From assembly GCA_964106645.2 (NCBI GenBank), contig OZ067043.1: DNA of 64,000 nt; one strand, written 5' to 3'. Position numbers and translations under genes: made by a program. The stretch comes from Podarcis pityusensis (Eukaryota). The notes under the pieces are model-generated. The model saw nothing but the letters and a program-made list of their open reading frames with translations, searched no databases and was not told the origin of the DNA. Below are positions 12,499 through 24,700 of the stretch, in pieces. The stretch's first letter is position 1, and every line of letters begins with the position of its first letter.

Positions 12499-15400
12499 TA
12501 TATATTGTTAGTACAGTATACATAGGAAATTATATTTTATACAGACCAAATATATATTACATGAATACAGTAATTATCAAAAGACACTTCACGCTGGAAT
12601 ATTTTTTCACACAATCACAAGTTACCAAGGTATAAATTTATCAGATTTCAGACTCTGGTATGTATTTGTTTCTGCCTCCAAGGAATGAAAAACCACTCAA
12701 TATCAATTAGGATGAGCAAAGCTGAATTTCTTCCCATCTGTAACTCAACCAGGTTTTATGTGCAGAAGATAAGTGAATATATGGCAAAGGATTCTGGAGA
12801 AGAGCAAGGCACAATTCAGAGAAATTCTCCCTCAGAAGGCCCACTAAAATGGGGGATCTACACAATAACAAAGTAGTTTTATTATTAACTGTGACATATT
12901 TAGCTTTGTAAGCAGCTTTATTTCAGCACAGTTCACTATCTTAAAATACCACCAATTATTCCAATACTCAAGGAAAAAAATCTTGAACATGGTGGAACAG
13001 GTATACCTTTGAAAGATTAGAAACACACAGCGACTGAGTGGAAGTCATTACAGTGTCATTTTGCACATCAAAAAGTCATTTTAAAAGCCCTCACTGACTT
13101 CAGATGTGCAGAAACAAGACCCAGTTTACACCAGCTGAGCCCTAAATCAGTGAAAGTTGAGAACAGCATGAATGGCAGGCCCTATAGACATAAATATTAC
13201 ACTTGCACTCTCTCAGTGGACTCTGACAGCTTTAACATTAGGCTCCATCACACAAAGAACAGTGGTTGTTTATTTCTGACAGCTACATGATTAAAAACCA
13301 GTAAACCAGGAAGGCTACAGCAAAGTCTTTTTTCTTTTTTTTTAGATGTTGGGCTTCTTAAAAAGAGGTGCATGTTTTTAACACAATGATAAATCACGTT
13401 TACGACAAAATCTGTCAAAGGTTCACAAACATTCATTTCTGTATCACTGTGTGGTAAGAAGGCACAAGGTTTGATCCACAGGGTTCTAACAACACAAATA
13501 GAAGGAATACTTTACAGGTTAAAAGCTCACACTGCAGCATAACTTCATACCTACAAAATTCACTTCTATGTACAAAGAACAAAACAAAACCATATAAGAT
13601 CTGAAGCATCTAGAACCCTTGATTCATCAGGAATATTCCAAATGGGTAACGTTGTGTGAATAGTGAAACCCGTATTGCACTAATCCAGCCAGTTTGTTCC
13701 AGATGAGGGAATGTGATTTAACTCAGTGCCCCCTTTCTGCTACAACTTCATCTTGCATTTCCATGTGTCTGGACCAGAGTCCTCCACTGAAATGAATAGG
13801 AAGCACCCTCATCTGACAGATTTGCAGCTGTCCAACCACACATGGATTTTTGGATCAGCATATAGAATTTCTAGACTATACCAAATCTCCATGCATTTTT
13901 GGAAATCCCACGGCATTTTTAAAATTATTTTCAAAATGAACCCAATACAAACCCAATTTCCAAACGGGCTGAGCTAAATCCGGATTGGCTGGATAAAACA
14001 ACCAGAGGTGCCAAATTGAATAAAAGATTGCAGGGGTCCAGGTAAGCCCCACCCTGCATAATCAACCACATGGCACAGTGCATATACACTATTTGAATGG
14101 GAATGCCCATAAATATTTTTTTGTGGGGGCCGAAGCCCCCACGGCCCCTAAGGATTGGTTCCTATGAAAACAACAGATCCTTGCAATACAATTAATATGC
14201 CAATATTTGGGCATATCTCACTGCTGATCACTAGAAGCTTCTACCCAAGGAATTAACCACTCAGGGTGACTTCAGCCACCATATCTTAAACTAGCCATTG
14301 AGAATTTCACCATTATTTTGTTGCTGTGATTTGGTGTTCATCTGTGATAAAGATCTTGTGATTTGACGGGATATTATGATTCCATACTATAATGCTAAAT
14401 TTCCATTTGGTAAATTGTTCTCTCCATCCATCCTCTGTTGCTCTTATATGAAAACTGCATCGAAAGTGGCTAACTTGTTCATCACTGCACACCACACGCG
14501 TTTAGAAATTTTAAGATACTTAAATCCACAAAGCATTTGGGATTCCTTTTACATTCCTTTCGATTTCTGAGCTCACGGAGCACATTGTCAACACTTTTTC
14601 AATATAAGGAATTGCTGCTTTATGCTGATTACATTTTTATATTATTTGCAGAAAATACCATGCCTGGCAGGAATTTTCGCATGCTGCAACACTACTTATT
14701 TATTTTGGAAAGAAAAGATTTCTTCTCTAAATTCCAGCTCTCTCTTCATTGAACCAGTTTTTTTCTGCACTTGAGTAGACAGCTCTTTTTAAGATGCAAA
14801 ATGAAGCTGGTGGAATTGTGCCATCTCATGCCACCAACACACCACTTTGTGGATGACAAAAGATAAGGAACAAGCACAGAAAAATGTTATTTAAAGCACT
14901 GCTTGGGAACTTAGACATTTGCATTTGATAGAAGGGATTTAAATTGTATTAGAAGGCAAGGTGCACTAAACAATTACTGTTTATTGCTATGTTGGTTCAT
15001 TGCCTGAAATGTTACTTATCACACCCTGCAAGTCAAAGAGGAGACAGAGTCTGCCCTATGCACACTGCTGTTTGCCAGCTAACAGAAGGTTAGCCAACCA
15101 CAGAAAGTGATTTGGGGATTATACATGGGTAAGGATGAGGAATTTCTACCTGCTTTTCATATCTCAAATAATCATTAACATTCAACAGACAGTATTCTTC
15201 TACAACTTTTAGAATTATATAATTAACATGCCCAGGGCTTGTAGGCAGAGACAGGTGAAGCAGAAAAGTGAGGCATTTAGGATAAAAAGGGATATTTGTG
15301 GGGCCAAATATTATGGGCAGAAACAGGTGCAACCTCACCCCAAAATTGTGAAACAGTCCAAGTGTTCCATCAGCTCCTGCAGTGATAAAAATACAAGGAG

Positions 15401-15716
15401 AAAGATCTATTCCTGGATGTTTGGTGACGCTCCTCTTTTGTCTTGACATCTATCACTAGGAACTCAACCTATTGCGCAAAGTGATTCTTAGGGAACTACT
15501 GGAAAAAGAGTGACCAGAGAGCGAGTACCATTGAATTAAGTGGGACTTAGCTCTGAAATAGACCACACATGGGTTTGCACTATTGATGTAAATGACCACT
15601 CAAAGGCTGCAATTCTAAATACACTTACTAGAGAGTAAGCCCCATTTGACACATTAGGGCTTACTTCTGAGTAAATATCTCTAGGAATAGGATTGTGCTG
15701 TAGCAGTATTCTATAA

Positions 15717-15852
15717 CAGGCATAGGCAAACTCGGCCCTCCAGATGTTTTGGGACTACAATTCCCATCATCCCTGATCACTGGGCCTGTTAGCTAGGGAT
15801 CATGGGCGTTGTAGTCCCCAAACATCTGGAGGGCCGAGTTTGCCTATGCCTG
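15717..15852. mobile_element. hAT-type palindromic MITE (136 bp)
   Basis: Long TIRs caggcataggcaaactcggccctccagatgttt; 8-bp TSD ttctataa / ttctttaa. Confidence 0.9.
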
Positions 15853-18427
15853 TTCTTTAATAATGTCCTACACCTCTGTGTGTAAGTCATTCTGCTTAAA
15901 TTCTGAATTGCTTTGCTGGTGTGGAGGAGGAGTTGTGTAAAAGCCAAGGAGGAGGGAAAAGGTATTAGACAGCGCTAGCTCTCCAATGCTTCAATTGCAT
16001 AGGTGAAAAGCCACAGCTTTGCCTTGCTACAGGGAAATCAACACCCTGTGATACCAATAACTCACTCTCATCTCAGCTCTAGTTACACCTCATACTAAGG
16101 GAAGACCACCATGCTCAACAGGCCTGAAAGCAAAAGGCAAAGAATTAAAGGGTTATACAGAGGGGGCAAGCCACCAAACAAGGTACTCATGATACCTTCC
16201 AACCTCTTGGCATTAATTTGTCTAATTTGACACTCAGGGCTTTTCTGTTCACATAATTTTAATAATAATTTTATCATTTATTCCCCACCCATCTGGCTGG
16301 GTTTCACCAGCCACTCTGGGTGGCTCATATGCATCCCAACCCACCATTCCAAAAGTACACTACATGACCTGTATGAGTCATAAGTAATTGTTGGCTATAA
16401 TGTTTTGCTGGGTTTCATCCCCCTTTCTGTAAATTCATCCATATGCTGGAATTACAACTTTTCTGTGTCCACTACACTATCTCCTGGTCCATCTGCAGGA
16501 ACAATTCAAAGTGATGGTACCTACGTAAATGACTTCAGATCTGGATAACTGAAGGACCACCTTCTAACACAGGATCCTGCTTCAATACTGCATTTGTTAT
16601 TTTAGGTACCTCTCTGGGTCCCACCACCATCCAGCATGAGATGAGTGATGACCAGAGAGGGCCCTTCTGAGTTGTGGCATTCCGCTTATGGAATGCCATC
16701 TCCAGGAAGGCTTGCCTGGCACCAAAGCTGATGTCAGTCTGGCACCAGGTATTCTTATGTTGAGCTCTATAGAAGATTTGGAAAATAAATAATAATAGTG
16801 CCCTGTGATTTCCACTACCTGCATCCTGTCAGGTTTGCTGAGGGGTGGTATAAAAATACTTCTAAAGGGTTGGACTCCCAAGTCCCATCAGCCTCCGCTG
16901 GCTGGCCAATGGTCAAGAATGATGAGAGTTGCAATCCAACAACACTTTCAGGCCTGTAAGTTACCTGCCCATGCTTTAAATAAATAAATCGACATCTGAC
17001 AAAATGTAGATGTCTGTACAGAGCTGGCAGAGATAGGAGACTTTCTGAAAGACACAATATAAAATGGAGATAGGCAGGCGGTAATCTTGTGCATTGCGTA
17101 CCCCTCACACTGTTTTCAGATACATCTGAAACCACCTTTGGGCATCTATTATTTCTATGCTCTAATGATATAAGTATTCCAAAAGGAGTATGTTTACTTC
17201 TTTCCTTTCTGAAAAGAAGCAGAAGCCAAACACCCCTGCCTCTATAAATTTCTGAATGCCTAAAGAGCAGGCAGCCTGCCCTTATTTGTTAGCATGGGAT
17301 ATACTCAGTGGAAGGCTGGAAAGGTTTCTTCTCAGGGGATGTTTCAAAACTGCTGGTGAACATTTGGTGGCCTTTAGAAGAGAGATGCCCGCTCTGCCAA
17401 TGCCGCTCTGCCAATACATCCCTTGAGCCTGTAAGAACAGACTCCAAATTTGATCAGTTTGAGGTGCAGAACATTCATAATGTTTGCATTTGGGTGGGTG
17501 CACTAGCTGATGTGCTGGAAGCCTTGCTCTTTTTCATATCCAACAATGCACTGATATATCTCTGATGCAGTCTGAAAGGACACTGGGTCCTGTTTGATTA
17601 AGGGTGATTGGGAGCAAATATAAGGGAAGTGATATACTGCTGATGTAATTAAGCTAAAAGAGGATTACAAATAGAAGCATAATGATTAAAAAATAGCAGA
17701 GAGAAAGGAGGAAGATGTAGTCCATCAGTGTGCAGAAGACTGCCACAGTTGGCTTACTTCACCCATGCCTGACAACAACAATAACAACAATTTCGCAGAC
17801 AAAAACACACACAAAAACCACATGATTTTTACAACAAAATATGGAAGGTCTATTGTTCATATGACAATATTTCAGGTCTTATAATATAAAACAATTCTGA
17901 ATACTGTATTAGGCTTCTTATGTTCACTCTCCCTCATCCCCAACTCTCATATGTCCTGTAGGTGGTGGTGGTTATTCCAAGTAGGCATTATCATTATTAT
18001 TAGCTGCTTGTATTGATAATGAATGCAATCTCTGTTCCTCACTCTTCACAACAGTGAACTTACACAATCATCCAGTACACAAAGGTCCATGGCTTCCCCA
18101 CCACTTGCCCAGAGACCCTTGCAAGATCCACAGATTTTCGGTGACATGCTGAATGATATAACACCCCTGAAAAAGAGCCCAACAGATACTTTTCAGTAGC
18201 ACAGTAATGGAAACACATTGCAACCATAGAACAACTGTTCCCACATGTGCCTCTATTAGTGCTCTAGGCAAGACACATACCTACATGGACAGCGATGTAG
18301 TGAAGATGTGTGCGATTTATCCTAATTCAATTGGAAGCCAGATGCTTTAGAAATGGGGAGCCAAAACTACTAACATGCCTATAAATCCCATAAACAAACA
18401 ATGTACCCTACTTAAAACCCTCCAGAT

Positions 18428-18437
18428 TTTATTTATT
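18428..18437 (-). promoter_or_regulatory. Candidate SPATA6 polyadenylation signals (overlapping AATAAA)
   Basis: tttatttatt on the plus strand, about 170 nt downstream of the stop codon. Confidence 0.35.
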
Positions 18438-18481
18438 TTCCTGTTGAGAGTCCCAGCCTCAGAATTTCACAAACTCATATA

Positions 18482-18487
<6 letters not shown>

Positions 18488-18518
<31 letters not shown>
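18488..18518. repeat. (GA)n microsatellite in the SPATA6 3'UTR region
   Basis: Direct reading. Confidence 0.95.
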
Positions 18519-18523
<5 letters not shown>

Positions 18524-18602
18524 TTTGTTAGACACACAACATTTTCATTAAAAATATTGATCTTTTATACTGTTCATTTTCACCTGCATCTCTATCAGGA
18601 AT

Positions 18603-18774
18603 TTATTTATTCTTTGATTTTGATCCAGAAGCTTTTCGGTACATATTTCGATAGATTTTCTGCAGACTGTCTTCAAAGATTGCTCTGTGGGGTTTGCTTT
18701 TATATTCTGCAGCTTGACTAGTCCAATAGTCATCATCATCCAGTTGAACCATGATGCTCTGCCGTATAGATGAA
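18603..18774 (-). CDS. SPATA6: SPATA6 last coding exon (SSIRQSIMVQLDDDDYWTSQAAEYK...SKSKNK*); 5' boundary may instead be 18807 or 18822
   Basis: ORF 18603..18803 matches the SPATA6 C-terminal motif; stop TAA at 18605-18603. Confidence 0.88.
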
Positions 18775-21700
18775 CTAGCATTACCCAAAACCCCCCCAAA
18801 CATACATCTATTAAAATGTGATCTTTTGAAAAAGGAAAAGAGTGAAGGACATTTATTATTTGATTACTCTTTAAGTAGCATAGGCACTTGAGTGAAGCCT
18901 ACAAGGTTTGTTTACACAGCTATTTCCAAAATAGACAGTATTAAAGAAAACCTGTCCTGACTGCACTTTCTGAGTATATTCTACAGATGTCTCACCTCAG
19001 AAATATACTGGATCCTTCTATAGTTTCATAAATATGGAAAGTGACTGTTCAGTGTCATTTCTTTCTATGTGCAGATATGTTTGTATTCACTTGATTAGTT
19101 TCTGATACAGTCACTTTGTCAATCACCTCGGCATCTATGAGCCCAAGATTATTTTTATAGGTTTTGATCCACCCAGTCTCCAACACGCACCTGGTGGCTT
19201 CTGAGCTTTTTCTGCACCACTGAATTAAGTTACTATTTGGACAGGGCCGATTATATTGGTCTTCCACAACAAGCACTCTGATAGACCCTAGCCACATGCC
19301 TGCTATAGTCACCTACCCTAATAGTATGGAATGCTACCATGCGAATAGTGGCTCCCAAGTCACAGTTTTCTACACTTTTATCATAAAAAGAGATACTGGT
19401 CATTTCAACTAGTAGATGAGTCAGCATCTCCTGGATGGCTTTCACTGGTCAAGATAAATATCATACCTGCTTGAGAGTTGATTGTGCCCTAAGCACCTTG
19501 TCAGCATTTGAGTGCAAGACCCACTGCTTGATTCAAATACCAAGTTTTCCATAATTCTGTCCTGACCTCCAATCTAAGAAGCAGCTCTGAACTTAAGTCA
19601 GGCTGAATGCAGATAATTTTAAAATGTAGGTGATAACTTGCATCACAGCAGGCAGCATATGATTTATCCTTTAGATGAGAGACAACTGAATTGACCAGCA
19701 GATTAGTTTCATTTTGCCCTGAGGGGAGCAGAGAAGAAGCCGATACAGCTGCTTCTAAACTGTTGTATTGTCTATTTTATTGTAACCTTTTAATTATTGC
19801 TTATTGTGCCAATAATCTTATGTGAGGTCCACCTATTTAAGGTATATTAATACCATAAATAAAACACACACACATATATATACATATTTCGTGGATGCTA
19901 AAGTGGATGAGAAAAAGGAACTGTTTATCAGTGCTATATAGCCATGTAATGGTCCTTTTAAAGAAGACCATGATAAAACTCGCTGGCTTTAGCCTTATAT
20001 TTGAAGCCCAGCTGACCATGTACTACTTATTAGTAAGGTAAAATGCAGTGAATGAAGGCAGAGCAGGAGCACAGTATGAGGAATAGCACCCATAACTCTG
20101 GTTCCATAAAATCCATACTTTTTCACCTAGAACCACAGTCATCATGACAGTCTGATATATGCTCATGAAAAGCGGCAGCACTTCCTGTGATTTCCACGTC
20201 AACATACTGACAATGTCACACTTTTTGAGTGTGCTCACTTTTGGTGCATGGCCATTAGTCATCCCTTCCTCATAAGAAATTCAACAGTGGAACGGACATA
20301 GCTACATCCATGTTAGAAAAATGTCAGTCTGCTGCCTTAACTGGAAACTATCCTGACAAGCTGAGCTGAAGTGATCTGGGGATTACATGCACAAATCATA
20401 TTAAGAGCAGGGTAGCTGCACTCAGCTCCACTTTCGGAAATACCTGTCATATACCTGTCACATGCTTTTGTTCCATCTCCTTTAGAGTCCCACAAGTTCC
20501 TTTCAAAGTCACTTGCACTTTAAATATTTCAGCATCACGGACCTTCTGTGCAGTCCCAATGGTTTTCAATCATTTACTTTAGTGTGAACATTTGGTCAGC
20601 AAAACTACATTCTCCTCTGAACTCTGCCTTGGTACGGTTATTTATGAGGATGCTGGCAGACTTCAAGCTGTCAGAATGTCCTTGAGTCCCTTTCTTTATC
20701 CCCAACTCTCATGACTGCTCTACAGAATGTGATGAACCCATCAATGCCCAGACCCTACTTGCATATGACATTTCAAAGTCCATCGTTTTCGCTAATGCCG
20801 TGGCAGTAGTTGTTGCAGATTCTTTATTCATGCCTGTAGGTCCCAAAATGATCCCCGTGTCCCAAACTATCACCAGACATATGCACATAGCTTTGCTTGC
20901 ATCAGCTGACAAGACGAGGCTTAGAGTATGAGAGGCAGGGGAGGTGTTGACAGGATAGTAAGAGAAGCAGCCCTGGCTTCTCATATTATTCTGGCAACAT
21001 GAAAAGGAAGAGAATAGCGGCAGATTAAATCAATAGACTTAAGAGTGCCTAAGGTTATGGTGGGCTGTGTTTCAAGTGTAAACCAAGTCTGTGCATGGAT
21101 TGTTTAGAAAGTTATACAAGTCTAGTTCACTTGTATAATTTATTCCAACTGCAACAGGCATAGTTAAGGAGTATTTTGGTAACAATTGCAGTGACAGCAG
21201 TGAATGGAAAAGCTAAGTGTGGGCTAGGACAAGGGGGTATAATAGGAATAGGAGCTTTACCTGCTCTGAAGATCACTGTGGCTTAAACGGTCTCTGTCTG
21301 AAATGTCTTTCTTCTTATTGGAATCTTCTGTCTTACTAGAGTCTCTTGACTTAGCAGAATCATCTTTTGACAAACAACTCTCGTCCTAAGGAATCAATAC
21401 AAAGATGATAATCTCATGTGACTGAAAAATGTAGTCCTTTAAAAAAAGAAACACAATTATATGTATTTTTATTTTATTTAAAAAATTAAATCTTGATCAA
21501 AACGAACACTTAACAGCCATCAGAGACATGAAAACAGTGGCAATGCAACGTAAGGTAAGCAAACTACTGGCTCTTCCATTGACATGTGAGGAAGGGATGG
21601 GAACAAGAAAACAGAAAGGTAAGGAAGAAAAGGGAGCATCTGCAAATGGGTGGCCAGAGGTCACCATGTGATCCTGCTGAGGACCCAAAGATACAATGGG

Positions 21701-24700
21701 TTTCACAAAGCAATTTGTACATAAAGACATAATGTCATGAATAGAATAGTTCCATGACAGATACAATGTTCAATGGCAAAAATTGTTCATATATGTTATA
21801 AAATTCCTATTTTTGAGTTCTCCCCATGTACTAATGAAAGGAAACATTTTTTTAAAAAGCGGGGGTGGGTGGGTATTTTCTCCATAACACTTTAGAGGAA
21901 AACGTACAAAAGTTAGCCTTTGCCTTGCACTGTGAGTCCTTAAAATATTTCTCACTCGTTTATGGATCTCTTCTCCATTTACTGTTGCACTCCAGCCAGA
22001 ACGAAACCTATAATCAAAAGAGAAAAAGGGAAGATTTTAAGTTATGGGCACCGTTTGATGTTTAAAAATGGCTACAAGGTCAAATGGTTCTCTCTTATGA
22101 TGGCCTCATTTTATCAAGTGTAAAACTTACTGTTAATTCCAGTAACGTATAGCATATACTCTGCAATATATGCTACATTAGAGGAATATATTAAGCAAAT
22201 ATTGATTTCTGCATATTCATTAGCTAAATTTCTAAAATATTCAAAAAAGAAAATATCTATAAGTATTGATGTTTACTAAATGAGGGGGCAAAGAGATGTA
22301 CAGCACAATGCTAAACATGGTTACGAAGCATGATTTCAACACGACTTTGAAGCCAATTGTGCTTCATTTTCCAATTATCTGATGCACTGTATTTGTCACA
22401 AACTGAAGCTTCCTGTAATTGTCACAATATTAACCCTGAGAGGGACAAAGTGAGGACTAATATCGCCCCTTAAAACAAAAAAACCCCTGTAAATCCCTAT
22501 GGACATTTCTTTAGTGAAATGACAAAATAATCCACTAGTGTGCGCTGTGGCATAAGAAATGCTCACTCATCACACACACCTCAATTTTCTACATTCAAAA
22601 ATTTAGGTATTAATAAAAACAGTATCAGCTCCTTTTTAATTGTCTAATTTTAGACATAACTATAAAACCTAATCCACACTTTAAGCCATTACATTAATAT
22701 TTACACCACCCAAAGTCACCATACAACAAAGCTAAAGCTAAAATTTAACACCCATAATCTAAATTGAAACCATTTTATGATGTGCAACTCCTACTGGAGT
22801 TATCCTCTGAAGCTCATTTTCAAAAAGCAATTTCTTAAAACTATAAATAAACAGAATTTCTAAAGCATAAAGACTCAAATAATGCTTGTGCAAAACCACC
22901 AACTTCTTACATATGGGATTAAGGTGTTGGTAGTTTCTTGCAGTGCTGCCAGAATGGTCATATTATTTTACTCTGACAAAACCAAATAAACTTCTACAAC
23001 TGTATTCTTTGTCATACTTCCAATTTTCCTCGGGACTAGCAAACATTCTGCGGTTACATCAGTTTAAATTGTTTATCGATTCCAACAGATTGTATAAACA
23101 CTTTGGATATATAGCTCGGTGACCTAGAGTAAGCCAGATCAATATAGAACTACTCATAATTCATTTCAAAGATGCTATGTCGAGAGCAATCAACAGAACA
23201 AACTATTTTCTGTTGTAATGTAGCTAAAAGCATTTTCCCTCTTTTATAAGGACTTTTAAAAAATGAGTTGTATTTTCAGCAAAAAGAATCAAGTAACAAA
23301 TCCAGAAATCTTATCAATGTGGCCAATCTAAATTTTACATATTCATCGGGATAAGGTAGACAATTTAAGTGAAATCCTATTCATGTCTACTCTGAAGTAA
23401 ATTCAAAATGAGTCTTACTTGCAGGTAAGTGCCTATATGACCGCAACCTCAGATGTACAACAAATAAGATTTGTTCACATGGACTGTTTAAATAGAAGCT
23501 TACCACTCTATAGTTTGCAATGGGTATGTATTTTCAGAGACAGCATTTCTAGCAATAAATGCTCAAATCCTCTATTAGCAAGGAATACTAATGTATCTCA
23601 TATCAACAAAGTTATTATAGGCACATTCTGCAAAAATCATTTGTGGCTCTTAATGTAGTGCTTTCCCCCTGCCATAGTGCATCACAACAAGAAGTGCAAT
23701 TGCACTTCTGTGGCTTCCATGAAGAATTTATCAGTTTCAAAAGGCAGAGGATTTGTGCTGAGAGGAGAAGGAGGAAAAAACATACAAGGACAAACTATCA
23801 CAGGGTAAAAATCAATAAAGTACTATAGTAGCAGATGCACATCTACTGAGCAAGCAACTGTTGTAGAAAGGGCGGGGGAGAGAAGGGGAGAAATTGCTCC
23901 ATGGATAACTACAACTGCAAAAGCGAATCTCTGAGAGCTTACCAATGCAATTATGCTCATTAACAAAACCAGATTTAATTTAAACGTAATATGGCCTAGC
24001 AAGAGTCATTCAGTACACAAGGAGTACTTTTAGATGCCAAGAAATTAGCCCTGGATTAATCCAATAGAAGACAGCTATATCAAACCATACGAAATCAGAA
24101 ACAATGCAACAAGAATTAATTAAATCAAACAGAGATTAGATAAAATGAGGTCGCTTATGATTCCCCCTCCCAGTGAATTTAGGCCTGATTTACACATTAG
24201 GCTGGGCTTAAGGAGGGAACACAGGAAATGAAGACTCCCTGTGCCTGCTCAGGGGCCTCCCATCCTTCACTTTGTTTCATAATCCTAGAAAGCAAAGAGA
24301 TTCAGATACTGTTTCAGGTTCACCCTGGTCATTCTTGCCAGAAAAAGGAATGTGTTTGTACTGCTTGTAATTTTCTTTCTGGAGGTAAATGCAGTTGGGC
24401 GTGCAGTGGAAAGAGTGCTGCTAAAAAGAAAAGCTTTTCTACAGCTTTCTGTCTCCCTATCAACAGCACACTACAGCTTTCCAAGTTAAGTACAAAATGT
24501 TTACCAGCCTGAACACCTGTATTTAAAAGAGTTGCTCATGGCTTGGATACTGGGCCTCCCCACCAAACTACTCATCCAGAAGGCACTGCCACACCACATC
24601 CAGTGAGGAGGAAGGTAGCCAATGCCTCCCCTTGCCCACAGAACAATGGACACCGTGATGGAAAAAATGTTCAAATATATAAAAGGATGTCACATAGAGG

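Noticed and set aside
15090-15449. 119-aa minus-strand ORF, and the similar 105-aa ORF at 9264..9581
   Set aside because: No homology or coherent splice structure; the length is compatible with chance.
4200-18400. SLC5A9 3' exons, expected from mammalian synteny
   Set aside because: No SLC5-like peptide was recognised in any frame.
19050-19560. Possible decayed Gypsy integrase tail (QVRVGDWV-like peptide)
   Set aside because: One short motif only, which is insufficient support.
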